From IMG/VR virus record IMGVR_UViG_3300032030_004230: 64,000 bases of DNA; one strand, 5' to 3'. Shown piece after piece: positions 47,434 to 58,000 of this stretch. The notes under the pieces were generated by a model, which was given only the letters and a program-made list of their open reading frames with translations, searched no databases and was not told where the DNA came from. The stretch comes from a virus (taxonomy: Duplodnaviria > Caudoviricetes). A program made the position numbers and the translations under genes. Positions within the stretch are counted from its first letter, which is position 1. Every line of letters begins with the position of its first letter.

Positions 47434-48230
47434 CTGCTTTTAGAGCATGTCACCAAGTGTTCTTTTAGTATTTCTTCAGTATTGTATAATAAGTCAATAT
47501 GCCCAAACTGCACAAGCTTACAGTTATTTGCAAACAATCGTCCATCACTTTTTATTAAAAGACCATGTTGATAACAAGTTTTTCCTTGCATATTTTGCTG
47601 CTGATTTCTATATCTATTAAGCTCTTCTTCTGAAAAATCGAAATTAATGCTGCTAATGCTCTCATTCTTGTTTGGGTCAAATCGTAGTTTTAAGTCTTTG
47701 TGTCTTTTTCTAAGTTCTTTCATATAATCAACATTTTTAGAAGTAACGACACACTCAATGAATGAATTTTCTAGAGACTTCTCTAAGCTTTCATACTTCT
47801 TAAAAAACATAGCTTCTTCTGCGAATTCTTCATGAAAGGATGCACAGAATAACAATTCAATTTTGCGATCTTCACACCATTTGATAAGCTCTTTATAGTA
47901 TGGTTCAGTATTGCTAAAATTTGTGTAAAACTCAAGAGACTTAAGATTGTCTACATATAAAGCATTCAAAATCTCTATTAGACTTTTAATGATAGAAAGT
48001 TCTCCGCCTGCTAGAACAAGCTTAATCGGCTTTTTCACTTTAAGAAGGATCTCTTTCAATTTTTTAGCTCTAGAAATAGCAGTATCTTCAGAGAAAACTT
48101 TACGCTTATCTGACTCTACTTGAGTGCAATAACTGCATCTAAAATTGCATTGTGTCGTTATCTGCCATTTGACAAGAAAATAGCTAAAATTATCTGTAAG
48201 CATTTTGTACAAGAGTCTCCTTGTGCACAA
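47400..48230 (-). CDS. radical SAM protein with Twitch/SPASM-like C-terminus
   Basis: CNFRCSYC, GGE, TNFS, ASFHEE, IKSDG...C...CSKSRCPMC. Confidence 0.88.
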   Translation of the reverse strand: MCTRRLLYKMLTDNFSYFLVKWQITTQCNFRCSYCTQVESDKRKVFSEDTAISRAKKLKEILLKVKKPIKLVLAGGELSIIKSLIEILNALYVDNLKSLEFYTNFSNTEPYYKELIKWCEDRKIELLFCASFHEEFAEEAMFFKKYESLEKSLENSFIECVVTSKNVDYMKELRKRHKDLKLRFDPNKNESISSINFDFSEEELNRYRNQQQNMQGKTCYQHGLLIKSDGRLFANNCKLVQFGHIDLLYNTEEILKEHLVTCSKSRCPMCHIQRIE

Positions 48231-49251
48231 GAATTTTCTTTAAGTCTTCTTTGTCTCTGCACATGCTAGTGTTTCCAAAAGCTGTGCAGAATTTATGCTT
48301 TAGCTTTCCAGTGTTCTGCCAATCTATTGTGGTATGACATTGAATCGGCTCAGTCGGCATCGTGTATTCATTAGTCAAAAGACTTCCTATTCTATTTTCA
48401 GGCTTTCCGCACCATTGACAGCCCGCTAGTCTTAAAGAGCCATCTGCTTCAATTCTCAATCCGTCTAATCCTGCAGAACAATAAAATCCCTCTGGGTCTA
48501 GCCCGCCGTCTTTGACACTATTTATAAGCTCTATATTTGAGCTAAACTCCAAGACTGAACCGTCTTTCATTGTGACAAAAAAGTAGGGCTTTACTGATTT
48601 TTTCATTTGAGAATTCAAAAAATCAACAATTTTCATAGTCTTTTCTGAGATGCTTGAATTCTCATTATCTGCAATTCTCTCTACAGTTGGCTGAATCACT
48701 ACATTTGGATATTTCTTTGTTAGCTCTAAGTATTTCAGAATGTTCTCATCATTTACTACGCACTTAGCTCTAGACCTTCTGTTATTCCCTTGATTTATAC
48801 GGGAAAGCTTTTGCATAAACTCATCAGGGTCACAAAACTCTAAATGCATAGATGCTGTGATAGTGAATTCACAGCCTCGATTCTCACAGTAATCTCTTAA
48901 TCTTAGCCAATAGTCTAGTGAAGATGAAAGATTTGTAACAATAAGAACTTTCTTCAATTGTTTAGACTCTATTTGTTCTAAGACTTCTATCAAATTGAAG
49001 TAACCAACTTCTCCGCCAATAAGATGAAGCATAAAAGGCTTTTCTGGAAAGTATGTCTTTGCTAGATTGTCAATGTTTTTTGCAATTGTCAACAAATTCT
49101 CTTTTGGTGTATTCTCTACAGCATTCTTTACATTATTTGCCATGTAGCAATATGAGCATCTGTAATTGCACCAATTTGTCATCTTCCAAGAGAACTTAAA
49201 AAGAACACTGTTTCTTTCTATAGAAACAATATCTTTCATATCAATCATCAA
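48190..49251 (-). CDS. radical SAM protein with Twitch/SPASM-like C-terminus
   Basis: CNYRCSYC, GGE, TNLS, ASMH, CSAGLDGLRIEADG...C...IGSL. Confidence 0.9.
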   Translation of the reverse strand: MMIDMKDIVSIERNSVLFKFSWKMTNWCNYRCSYCYMANNVKNAVENTPKENLLTIAKNIDNLAKTYFPEKPFMLHLIGGEVGYFNLIEVLEQIESKQLKKVLIVTNLSSSLDYWLRLRDYCENRGCEFTITASMHLEFCDPDEFMQKLSRINQGNNRRSRAKCVVNDENILKYLELTKKYPNVVIQPTVERIADNENSSISEKTMKIVDFLNSQMKKSVKPYFFVTMKDGSVLEFSSNIELINSVKDGGLDPEGFYCSAGLDGLRIEADGSLRLAGCQWCGKPENRIGSLLTNEYTMPTEPIQCHTTIDWQNTGKLKHKFCTAFGNTSMCRDKEDLKKILVHKETLVQNAYR

Positions 49252-49252
49252 T

Positions 49253-50593
49253 CTAGAACACCTCTACATTACAAGAGAACATACAAATAGAATTAGGACA
49301 ACTTATCACATCGTCTTTTATAGAGAAATCAAAGTCTTTTATATCTGCTATCTTAGTTTTTTGCTTGCAAGACCTGCGATATACGCTCCCATCAATGTCA
49401 ATATAAAGACCATTAGAGCGACAGTCATGTCCAACAGACACAAAGCCAGATATCTGAGAATGATGAATTTTCTCTCCATTCAAGAAAATATCTTCTTTCT
49501 TGTTAGATACATCAAAACTCTTCTTAGCAATGATGTTATCTTGTCTATCTCTTAAGTAATCTAGTGATATTTTTATTTTATCATTTTTGACATTCAGAAG
49601 TTTCTCAATTGTGTTAGAATTCTCATCTGTAGAAACGCATTCAATATACAGCTTATCTACAAAATTGGCGACACCTTCTGCTTTCGAAATGAATTCATTC
49701 TCATCACACTCAGTCTCATGCAAGGAGCATGAAAGCTCTAATTTTACATTTCTTGAATGAAGATAACTAGCAAGCTCTTCAAAATATGAAAATGACTTTG
49801 AGAAGTTTGTCGATACATAGACTGCTTTCAGAGCGCTAGTCTTTATTTCACTCATTAGAGCTTTTAAGTCTATAAGAGTAACTTCTCCGCCGATGAGCTC
49901 TAGTCTGAAGGGTTTTGTCATTCTACTGAGACAATGAGCTCTCTCTATCAGAGTTGAGATGCCCGGAAATTTTTTGTCTTGCAAGTCTTTCCGTATGCAA
50001 TAAGAACAGTGATAGTTGCATTCATTAAAAAGACGCCATTTTATATAAAACATAGGGTCTTCTAGACAAACATCTTTTATTGCATGAGAGCTGTCAATAT
50101 TCGCTTTTGTGCTTTCTACTTTGCAGTCTTTACTTGTGCATCTCTCACATTGCAATTTCGGCTCTGGAGCTTTTTCAGAAAGACTACAAACAAATTCTTT
50201 TTTATCACAAGTGCCATAAAAGAACTTATCATTAATAATTGAGACAGTGTCCACTCTATTTGCGCAAATAAAACTGTCTTCTAGCTCTATGTCTAGCAAA
50301 GCCTCATCTTTAGAGCATCTTTCGACAAGTTCTTTTAATGTCACTGTTGTGAAAGGACAATTGTCTGACCCATAAGATGTTCTTATCAGTCTCTTATTAT
50401 GAAATGCTGCAGCTACATAACGTAATTTCTTAGACATGTCAGAAGCTATCTCTGCAGAACAGTTAAAGTACACAACTATAAGCTTGAAAGCATTTATTTT
50501 GTCAAAGTACTTATTAAGATTTTCAATTGCAGTGTCAGACAGCTCTTTATCTAAGCTAATCTGAACTTGAAGTCTTCTTCTCGAGTAAATCAT
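49253..50593 (-). CDS. radical SAM protein with an extra N-terminal degenerate rSAM/Twitch-like module
   Basis: Internal CNYHCSYC, GGE, TNFS, SLHE; Cys clusters both before and after the domain. Confidence 0.85.
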   Translation of the reverse strand: MIYSRRRLQVQISLDKELSDTAIENLNKYFDKINAFKLIVVYFNCSAEIASDMSKKLRYVAAAFHNKRLIRTSYGSDNCPFTTVTLKELVERCSKDEALLDIELEDSFICANRVDTVSIINDKFFYGTCDKKEFVCSLSEKAPEPKLQCERCTSKDCKVESTKANIDSSHAIKDVCLEDPMFYIKWRLFNECNYHCSYCIRKDLQDKKFPGISTLIERAHCLSRMTKPFRLELIGGEVTLIDLKALMSEIKTSALKAVYVSTNFSKSFSYFEELASYLHSRNVKLELSCSLHETECDENEFISKAEGVANFVDKLYIECVSTDENSNTIEKLLNVKNDKIKISLDYLRDRQDNIIAKKSFDVSNKKEDIFLNGEKIHHSQISGFVSVGHDCRSNGLYIDIDGSVYRRSCKQKTKIADIKDFDFSIKDDVISCPNSICMFSCNVEVF

Positions 50594-51524
50594 CTAAAAC
50601 TTTCCTATCTCTTGCAATGCTAAAATCACCGCATAGACTGCACAGACCATTTGCACTTATGCATTTAGTCGGTTTCAAATCTTTTATATGATATTCAGAA
50701 ATTGGTGTGTACTCATAAGATCGCACACAATAGCTGTTCTTTGCAACTTTGTCTTTGTTCACATAAATGTACGTAATTCCAGCTGTGCAATAAAAATCTG
50801 TTGACGGGATTGCCTTCTCTGGATATCTGTTTATGAGTTTACTTCTTGTTAGAGTAGTATCTTCTGAGTTATCTGAATAGATAATTTTCCATCTTGGCTT
50901 TGACACAGAAGACTGAATGTTGAACTCTTTAGCAAAGTCTTCATTTTGCGATTTGTCAAACTCTAACAGAAGCTCTGCATCGTACTTTTTGCAAGTGTCA
51001 ATCACTTTCTGCAGAAGATGCTTACTTTCTGGTGCAATCACAAACTCGATCTTTAATTGATAGACATATTCAGGACTACAAGCGTCTTTGAACTTTTTGA
51101 ATTTTGAAACGAAATCTTCTATGTCTACATACTCATTGTGCAAACTTGCTGTCATAGACAATAGAATTTCTCTGCTTTCAAGATACTTTGCAAAGTCTAT
51201 GTATGACTCTAATGAATTAGAGAAATTTGTCGTAATATTTACTTTTTTAAGATTTTTTGAGCTGATGCATGATACAAGTTTTTTGAGATCAAAATAAGTG
51301 ACTTCTCCACCAATCAAATTGATTTTAGTCGGTCTTCCAGATTCTTCAATAAGTCGATTAATCTCTGGCGCAGTTCTTAGAACTCTTTCAAAGTCTAATT
51401 TTGTGTCTTGCCCTTTGAATTTCCGTAAGCAGTATGAGCATCTGTAATTGCACCATTCTGTAAGTCTCCACTTGATAGTAAAGAGACTTTCATGATGGAT
51501 AATTGCTGAAATAGACTTCTCCAT
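50556..51524 (-). CDS. radical SAM protein with Twitch/SPASM-like C-terminus (start revised to MEKSI)
   Basis: CNYRCSYC, GGE, TNFS, ASLHNE, CTAG...C...CxxxxxxCxxC. Confidence 0.88.
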   Translation of the reverse strand: MEKSISAIIHHESLFTIKWRLTEWCNYRCSYCLRKFKGQDTKLDFERVLRTAPEINRLIEESGRPTKINLIGGEVTYFDLKKLVSCISSKNLKKVNITTNFSNSLESYIDFAKYLESREILLSMTASLHNEYVDIEDFVSKFKKFKDACSPEYVYQLKIEFVIAPESKHLLQKVIDTCKKYDAELLLEFDKSQNEDFAKEFNIQSSVSKPRWKIIYSDNSEDTTLTRSKLINRYPEKAIPSTDFYCTAGITYIYVNKDKVAKNSYCVRSYEYTPISEYHIKDLKPTKCISANGLCSLCGDFSIARDRKVLDDLLEKKTSSSD

Positions 51525-51554
51525 AAAAAAAAATATTAACAAAACTAAATTATC

Positions 51555-52481
51555 ATGGAAGAATCAAAAATTAGCTCTTTAACTACCAGTGAACTTGAAA
51601 AAATCTATAAAGAGTACACTCATAATCAAGTCTGGTATGAGTACCCATTCTTTTCAGCACTAGAAACGATTAGATTAGTAGATAGCGTTATCGACAACAA
51701 GTACTCTATTATAGAGCAAAGTGCTGGCTTAGCAGGGATGTCTCTATTGTTCAATCTTCTTTCAGCAAAAGTGAAAAACACTTATATCATTGACAATAGA
51801 ACACTCAATCAGTATCTCCCCGTGATTAAAAACTTAGATGTGCCAGCTTATTTTGATACTTTTGCTAAAGAACATAATATGAAAGTTAGATATGGAGATC
51901 TTCTAACAAAAGATGACTTTCATCGAAAAGGTAAAGAACCTCATGTGTATCTTATTTATTGTTATGGCGAAAATATTTTCAAATTTTTGAACACAATGCA
52001 AGAAAACAACAATTTGCAGACAAATGACTTAATTGTTGTGTCTACTACAAATGAAGCAAGAGTTGGCAATGATCCACACATGTGTCTCTGTAAGTATTTA
52101 GAGATTAGCAAAAATGTAAAACTTGTAAGAAGAACTTCTTCAGGTGGTAACACAATTTCAGTGTTTCAGATCATTGATAGAAGTGTAGACTTCTCAAAAG
52201 ACTTTGTTGTGCAGATGGAAACATTGCGAGTTAATATACTTGAAAAATTTAAGCCTGAAAACTTGCAGGATTCTGATTTCACAAAATATGAGAATCTTAC
52301 ACAGCATCTTATAGATAAGCAAAAGTTCTATGTAACAACAAACTATACGACTATCTTTAAGAGTAAAGGCTACACAGACAAGCAAATTGAAAAGCTATCT
52401 CTTCAAGAGAAAAGATTCGCTAAAGACTTTATAAGAAGCTTTTATTATACAATTAGAGGAACAGTGTTTAGAGATGCATAA
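51555..52481 (+). CDS. hypothetical protein, possibly class I SAM-dependent methyltransferase-like
   Basis: IIEQSAGLAGMS followed by YIID resembles MTase motifs I/II; weak. Confidence 0.35.
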   Translation: MEESKISSLTTSELEKIYKEYTHNQVWYEYPFFSALETIRLVDSVIDNKYSIIEQSAGLAGMSLLFNLLSAKVKNTYIIDNRTLNQYLPVIKNLDVPAYFDTFAKEHNMKVRYGDLLTKDDFHRKGKEPHVYLIYCYGENIFKFLNTMQENNNLQTNDLIVVSTTNEARVGNDPHMCLCKYLEISKNVKLVRRTSSGGNTISVFQIIDRSVDFSKDFVVQMETLRVNILEKFKPENLQDSDFTKYENLTQHLIDKQKFYVTTNYTTIFKSKGYTDKQIEKLSLQEKRFAKDFIRSFYYTIRGTVFRDA

Positions 52482-53244
52482 TGACTTTGTAATTGATGAT
52501 TCAATATATTCTGTGCCAATCGAGAATGCATATGAAGTTTTGCATGATTGGTGGTACGACATTCTAGAGCAGTTAAGAGGCAAAATCATAAGATTTGACA
52601 TAACTGCTGGAATGGACACAAGATTCTTTTTGTCTTGGCTTAGTAGAGGCATTGCAAAAGAGCTTTACTTCAATAATAGACCTTATAAATTTGAAGGTGA
52701 AGAGAAAGCAAAAAAAGAGCCAAGCTTGAGAGCACATGGTACGTACGGAATGGATGCTCTAGGCTACATGTTTGGCATTATGCTTGATGCTAAGCCAGGT
52801 GCCAAATGGCAAGATTGCGAACTTTGCTTATCAGGTGCAAGAGCTTCTCAAATTTTAGGCAAAGATCCTGACAGAATAGATGAGTGTACAAAAAACGGCA
52901 TCACTTTCATAATTGAAGAATGTCGCAGACACAAAACTCTGTCTAAACCAAATTTTATGAATCCATTCTTTCATAAAAATATTTTTATGGTAGACTTCCA
53001 TAAGGAAATGAAGCTTCTTTCTACAGTGTTGTACTTGATTTACATGCCAGAATGGGCTCTGAGATTTCCTTTTAAGTCGATGACATATGACCCATACTAC
53101 ACAATCTGGGATTTGCCTGTAGAGCGAGCTAGAGCTATAATCTCTCAGTGGCCATTGAATGATTTTGAGAAAGAGAACTATTCTAAAAATATGAAGCTTT
53201 ATGACTCAATGACTAAGAGAAAAGCGTCGGTTTTTAGATTGTAA
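52474..53244 (+). CDS. asparagine-synthetase-like PP-loop protein (paralog B)
   Basis: FDITAGMDTRF, LSGA, NPFF; aligns by eye with the C-terminal part of 40801-41904. Confidence 0.55.
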   Translation: MHNDFVIDDSIYSVPIENAYEVLHDWWYDILEQLRGKIIRFDITAGMDTRFFLSWLSRGIAKELYFNNRPYKFEGEEKAKKEPSLRAHGTYGMDALGYMFGIMLDAKPGAKWQDCELCLSGARASQILGKDPDRIDECTKNGITFIIEECRRHKTLSKPNFMNPFFHKNIFMVDFHKEMKLLSTVLYLIYMPEWALRFPFKSMTYDPYYTIWDLPVERARAIISQWPLNDFEKENYSKNMKLYDSMTKRKASVFRL

Positions 53245-53256
53245 AAAGAGGCTTCA

Positions 53257-53418
53257 ATGGATTGGAAATTACTAAAAAGACATTCTGACACTCTGCTAGA
53301 GTTATGGAAGACTCCTACAAAGTATCTTGTTTGCAAAACATACGAAAGATTTTACAAGTTCTTTGAGACTCATAATGAAGCTCTTGCGTATTTTAATGCT
53401 AAAAGGCAAGAGAGTTAA
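53257..53418 (+). CDS. 53-aa hypothetical protein (not in ORF track)
   Basis: MDWKLLKRHSDTLLELWKTPTKYLVCKTYERFYKFFETHNEALAYFNAKRQES; GAGG SD. Confidence 0.6.
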   Translation: MDWKLLKRHSDTLLELWKTPTKYLVCKTYERFYKFFETHNEALAYFNAKRQES

Positions 53419-53427
53419 TATCTTGAA

Positions 53428-53982
53428 ATGGAAGTTTCTAAAGATATTCAAGCAATTTTCTCACAAAGTCCAATGAACTTTTTAGGCTGGTGTGCAGAAA
53501 ATCTAAAGCACGGATTCTTAGATATGATGGGACTTCAGTATTTTTCAGCTACGCCTAGATGGAGAATGCTTTGGAGACTTTCTAAGGGCACAAGTTTCGC
53601 TGACAAAAAAATCGGAATTGTCTATGATTTTGTAGAATTCCAAAGAGCATACTTTAATTTCAATAACATAGAGAATCGTACATTCTTCTTTATAGACAAT
53701 ACAAAAAATGTTTCACATGCTTTTTCAGTTTTTGCATTAGACATAGACGGCAAAAAGACTTGGTACTGGTTTGAAAATGAATGGCTAGTCTTTACTGGAA
53801 TACGAAAAATTAAGACTGCAAAAAGTCCGCTAGACCTAGTGAAGCTCCAACTACAAGCATTCAAAAGTTTTTATGATGCAAAAGACATTCATTGCTGGGA
53901 GTACTTCGAGCCAAAAGAAGACTCAGTAGATTTTTCTCTATTCTACAAAAACATTACAGAAAATGGAGTTTCTCTCTTCTAG
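53428..53982 (+). CDS. hypothetical protein
   Basis: 184-aa ORF; VSHAFSVF...WYWFE. Confidence 0.7.
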   Translation: MEVSKDIQAIFSQSPMNFLGWCAENLKHGFLDMMGLQYFSATPRWRMLWRLSKGTSFADKKIGIVYDFVEFQRAYFNFNNIENRTFFFIDNTKNVSHAFSVFALDIDGKKTWYWFENEWLVFTGIRKIKTAKSPLDLVKLQLQAFKSFYDAKDIHCWEYFEPKEDSVDFSLFYKNITENGVSLF

Positions 53983-54367
53983 AAATATGCTCACATCTTT
54001 TTTTGACAATATTGATCGTATCAAATATCCCGTTTCTATTTCTCGTTTTAGTCCATCTTGGTATGAAGGACCAAAGTATCTAGATGTTGCCCCATCTGAA
54101 AGTCTTTTGAATTGGTACCATAATGAAAAGAAAAATGGTGCTAATGAGTACAATCTTCAAAAAGAATACGAACAAAAATACATAAATGAGACACTTAGTC
54201 AATTAAATCCAGAAAAAGTCTGGAATGACATTTGTAGTCTCTATCCTGAAGCTGATTCAAGAGAAATCACTCTTCTTTGCTATGAAGCACCCGGAAAATT
54301 TTGTCATAGGCATCTATTAGCTGCTTGGCTTAAAAAGCATGGCTATCAAATAAAGGAGAAACTGTAA
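53963..54367 (+). CDS. DUF488 family protein
   Basis: ISRFSPSWY, VAPS, ITLLCYE.PG.FCHRHLLAAWL; start may be MLTSFF. Confidence 0.8.
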   Translation: MEFLSSRNMLTSFFDNIDRIKYPVSISRFSPSWYEGPKYLDVAPSESLLNWYHNEKKNGANEYNLQKEYEQKYINETLSQLNPEKVWNDICSLYPEADSREITLLCYEAPGKFCHRHLLAAWLKKHGYQIKEKL

Positions 54368-54369
54368 TT

Positions 54370-54804
54370 ATGCAAATACAGCAAACTGTCGGTGATCCGA
54401 AGAAGCTCTTAGAAAACATCTCATACAATATGAAAGAATTCTCTAAAAAAATCCAGTCTATGACTTTTGAAAAGAAAGACGGAACTACTTTCTCAAAAGC
54501 TCTTGGCTTCAAGCTCTCTATTTCTAGAGACTACGAATTGTATTTAGACTCAGGCAAAATTCGATTCGGTCAAATTGAGATTCTTTTTGATCTTCAAGAC
54601 CCAATTTTTTGGGACAAACTCATGCTTGCTATGATGTCCGACTTTGAGTTCTTTAGTCATATTAGCATAAATGGCTCAAAAGTAGAATCTCTTGAAGTGA
54701 CAAATGTTTGCACTTACATTTGTGAAGATGGAAAGTCTTACAATGAAGCTGACATCAAAGCAGCGAAAATTACAGCTGACAACGAAATTTGCTGGTCACT
54801 TTAG
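54370..54804 (+). CDS. hypothetical protein
   Basis: AAGGAG SD. Confidence 0.7.
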   Translation: MQIQQTVGDPKKLLENISYNMKEFSKKIQSMTFEKKDGTTFSKALGFKLSISRDYELYLDSGKIRFGQIEILFDLQDPIFWDKLMLAMMSDFEFFSHISINGSKVESLEVTNVCTYICEDGKSYNEADIKAAKITADNEICWSL

Positions 54805-55097
54805 ACATCAAGAGAAATATCTTCTTCAATAAAGTTAATTTTCTCTCTAGCTAATCCTGACTCATAAGCCATCTTTAGTATAGAAAGCAAATCTGTTTCT
54901 GCTTGTCTCAAAGATGGCATTTTCTTTGCAGCTTCTGAGTCTATGTAAATTGGACTTTTCAGAAGCTCAGTCCCATCCTTGTCTACTACAAGAAACAATA
55001 AAGTATCTTCTTCATTTTTGCATTTTTGCACTTTTACTGATATCATAAAGTAGTTCCTATTATCTGACTGAATTCTGGCTCTGATGGCATAATGCAA
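54801..55097 (-). CDS. hypothetical protein (start probably MISVK at 55046)
   Basis: ATGA-coupled to the 1735-aa gene. Confidence 0.6.
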   Translation of the reverse strand: MHYAIRARIQSDNRNYFMISVKVQKCKNEEDTLLFLVVDKDGTELLKSPIYIDSEAAKKMPSLRQAETDLLSILKMAYESGLAREKINFIEEDISLDV

Positions 55098-58000
55098 GGA
55101 CTGTCTTCTACAATAGGGTACAATGTATTAGACATAATTCCGTTGATTGCTTTTTCCATCTCTTCTTTCTGGACCTCTGTAGCAGTTTCTGAGTATGGCT
55201 CAAGTTTAACTGCTGTCTTGTAGCCTGATGCTTTTGGCTTCATAGCAGGGAGCTCAATCTTCCAGTAATCTGCTGTTTCTTTTGAAGCACAAATCAAACT
55301 TGTAGGATCAGTGAGGCCCTCATCTACAAGCTCTTTAGCTGCTGATAGATTTACAGACTGATACACATCAAATATAATGTCTGTTTCACCAATTTCGTCT
55401 GTTAAGCTTGAGTCTGGCAAACCGAATCTTATATTCTCCCAAATAGCTTCGTCCATCTCATAATCTACCGACTTGTGCTTTGTCTCATCAGGCTCATTCT
55501 TATTGAAGTTCTTTGCTGCTAAGTTCTTCAAGAATTCTTTTGACTCAAGTCGATACTTTCTGTTCTTTGGCTTTCTTGCATACTTGTACTCTGATGCGTA
55601 TTCTTTTACTACACCATTTGCATCAAACAAGAACAGTCCAGTCTTTTTGTCTCTCTTATGAGTCCATGGAAGAACTTTCACATAAGGAAGTTGATCGATT
55701 CTTCCCTCTTCAAAATCTTTAAGTCCTTGCTCATACTGTGCTTTTGTGCCATATTCTACAGGCACATACACATACATAATTCTATCTTCTACAGTCTCAC
55801 CATTTTTTGCAGCTTCAAGTCTTGTAGCTACAGTCTGGTCTACTTCATAGAATGCAACAGGCAATTCAGGATCTACATAAGCTTGAGTAGGGTTTTCAGC
55901 AGGGGCTTTTGTTGTGCTTCCCCAAGTTGCCATAGGCAAAAGAGACTCCAAATGTCTAGCAAGCCAAAGAGTGCCATCTTGCTTATTGAATCGTTTATTT
56001 ATAAAGAATCTTCTGTATTCATAGAGCACATTCAAGTATGCCAAGAGGAATCTCTCTATCAGGTCATCGTTCAAAGAATCTTTATAGCATTTGTTCATTG
56101 TCTCTACAACTCTAAAGTACTGTCCTGTTGACCAAGATTGAACTGGCAAAGATAAAATGTTCTTTACTATGTTGATAGCTTCAGTCAAATTCATGTATCT
56201 CTCATGTATAGCATCTTCTACAGTTCGTCTATTTGTTTCATTCTTCTCTTTATCAAGAGTAAATATTTTAAGAGCTTCATTTATCCATTGATTGTACTGG
56301 AAGACTTTCTTCTTGTAGATAACAGTACCTTTAGCTGCATTTTCAGGATCAATCATTTTTTCTTGGTCTGGATCAGCTAAGTACAACACCTTATTTGATA
56401 CAATTCCAGCTTCACCATTTGCGCCTCTTATCATCTTTCCAATAGCATCAAATGAAAGAACTCTTTGCATTGTCTCTTTCTCACCAATGAATCCAAGAAG
56501 CTGCATAATAATGCTAAGGTAAGATCGCTGCTGCACTGCACAATTAAAGAAGAATCTGATTGGTGCATCTGCTGAAATGTGATAGTACGGTACAAATGAT
56601 TCATTTGCACCAGGCTTTGTAGATGCATCTTTGAATGAGTTGTCTGTATAGAAAGTAGCAGATGTGCAAATCTCAGTCCAAGCTTTTCTGAGGCCTGCGT
56701 CCCATGACTCTTCATTGTATCTTGGCGCACCGTGATCTAATATTGTCTCAAATTTAGCATCGTCTTTATACTCACTTTCATAGCTGTTTCTATCTTCTAC
56801 AAGAGTGCAGTATTTGTACGGAAGTCTACTTATTGCAAAATCCTGACCTCTTAGATTGTGACTCTCAACTGTGAGTTGCTGTTTTGTATACTCATCAAGC
56901 AAAGGATAGTCTATAGCGTCAGGACTGAGTCCCTGAATATGACTAAGAACACCAATTCCCTCGAATGAACGAATTGATTCTTGTGTTGTCTCTCCTACAG
57001 CAAATGAAGTAGACTGTGCGTATTCTTTTACTCTTGATGTAAGATCAGATGTGTAGTCTGTTCCTTTCTCTCCACTTACCTGCCATGTAGACAAGTCATT
57101 GCCTTTTGCATAAATGTTATTCCACATTCCATTTTGAGGAGCTGACAGTACGTAGTCTGCATTTACAATATCTACAGAGATAATGTCATCTTGACCGACA
57201 GCTGATTCTCTTGTGTACCAATAGTCTCTATGACATCTATGCTTTTCAGAATGCTCTTGCCAGTAGTAATACACAAATGAGAAAGTCTCATGCTTAACAG
57301 GAGCTCTAAATATGTACTGAGGTCCTTTAGAATATCTGTCGCCTTCTTTAGACCAGTCACAGCCTAAGAAAATAGCTTTTGAATTCTCGCCGTTTCCACT
57401 GAAGTTTACTACTTTCTTCAAGAAGTCTTGCTCTTCTGTAGTATGCAAGAAAACAAAGTCGGGATAGCCTACAGAAGGGACTGTCTTCACTCTTTGAACA
57501 CTTGATGTAGGAAACTCTAGCTTCCATTTTTCTTGAGTAGACACGATAGACAAAATGTATCTATAAGAGAATCCCCACCACCAAGTAAAGAAATGAGATA
57601 GCCAGCCAGTAGGATCTCTCTCTACTGTTACTTGAGCTGTATCAGTCTGAATCTGGCATATTCTCCATTTAGACCTCGGCATATCATGCATTATTGGTCT
57701 TTTGTAAGTTCTCTCTTCTGTAGTTGTCCAGAAACATGTAGCGTATGCATGAGACTCTGCTTTGTAGTATTTTCCACCAAATGTATAAATGTTGTAGCCC
57801 TTAATGCTGCTCCTCTGAAGCTTGTCATACTCTTTCTTAGAAATTTCTTGCGGACTTTTCGATTCGCACCAATAATCATTTATTTCATGGCTCTCTATTG
57901 ATTGTATTATTACACCAAACAGTCCACTTTTTTCTCTATTTGTGATTGTGTAAATTGTTTTCTTGATGTAGCTGACTGAGTGACCATCAACAGTCGAAGG

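Noticed and set aside
42100-51524. rSAM array as prokaryotic viperins or a MoaA/Moco operon
   Set aside because: The N-terminal W..T..CNY.C.YC recalls viperins, but the S(F/L)H strand and Cys-rich tail differ from the viperin SxDS pattern. No moaC/D/E genes are present. Not excluded without HMMs.
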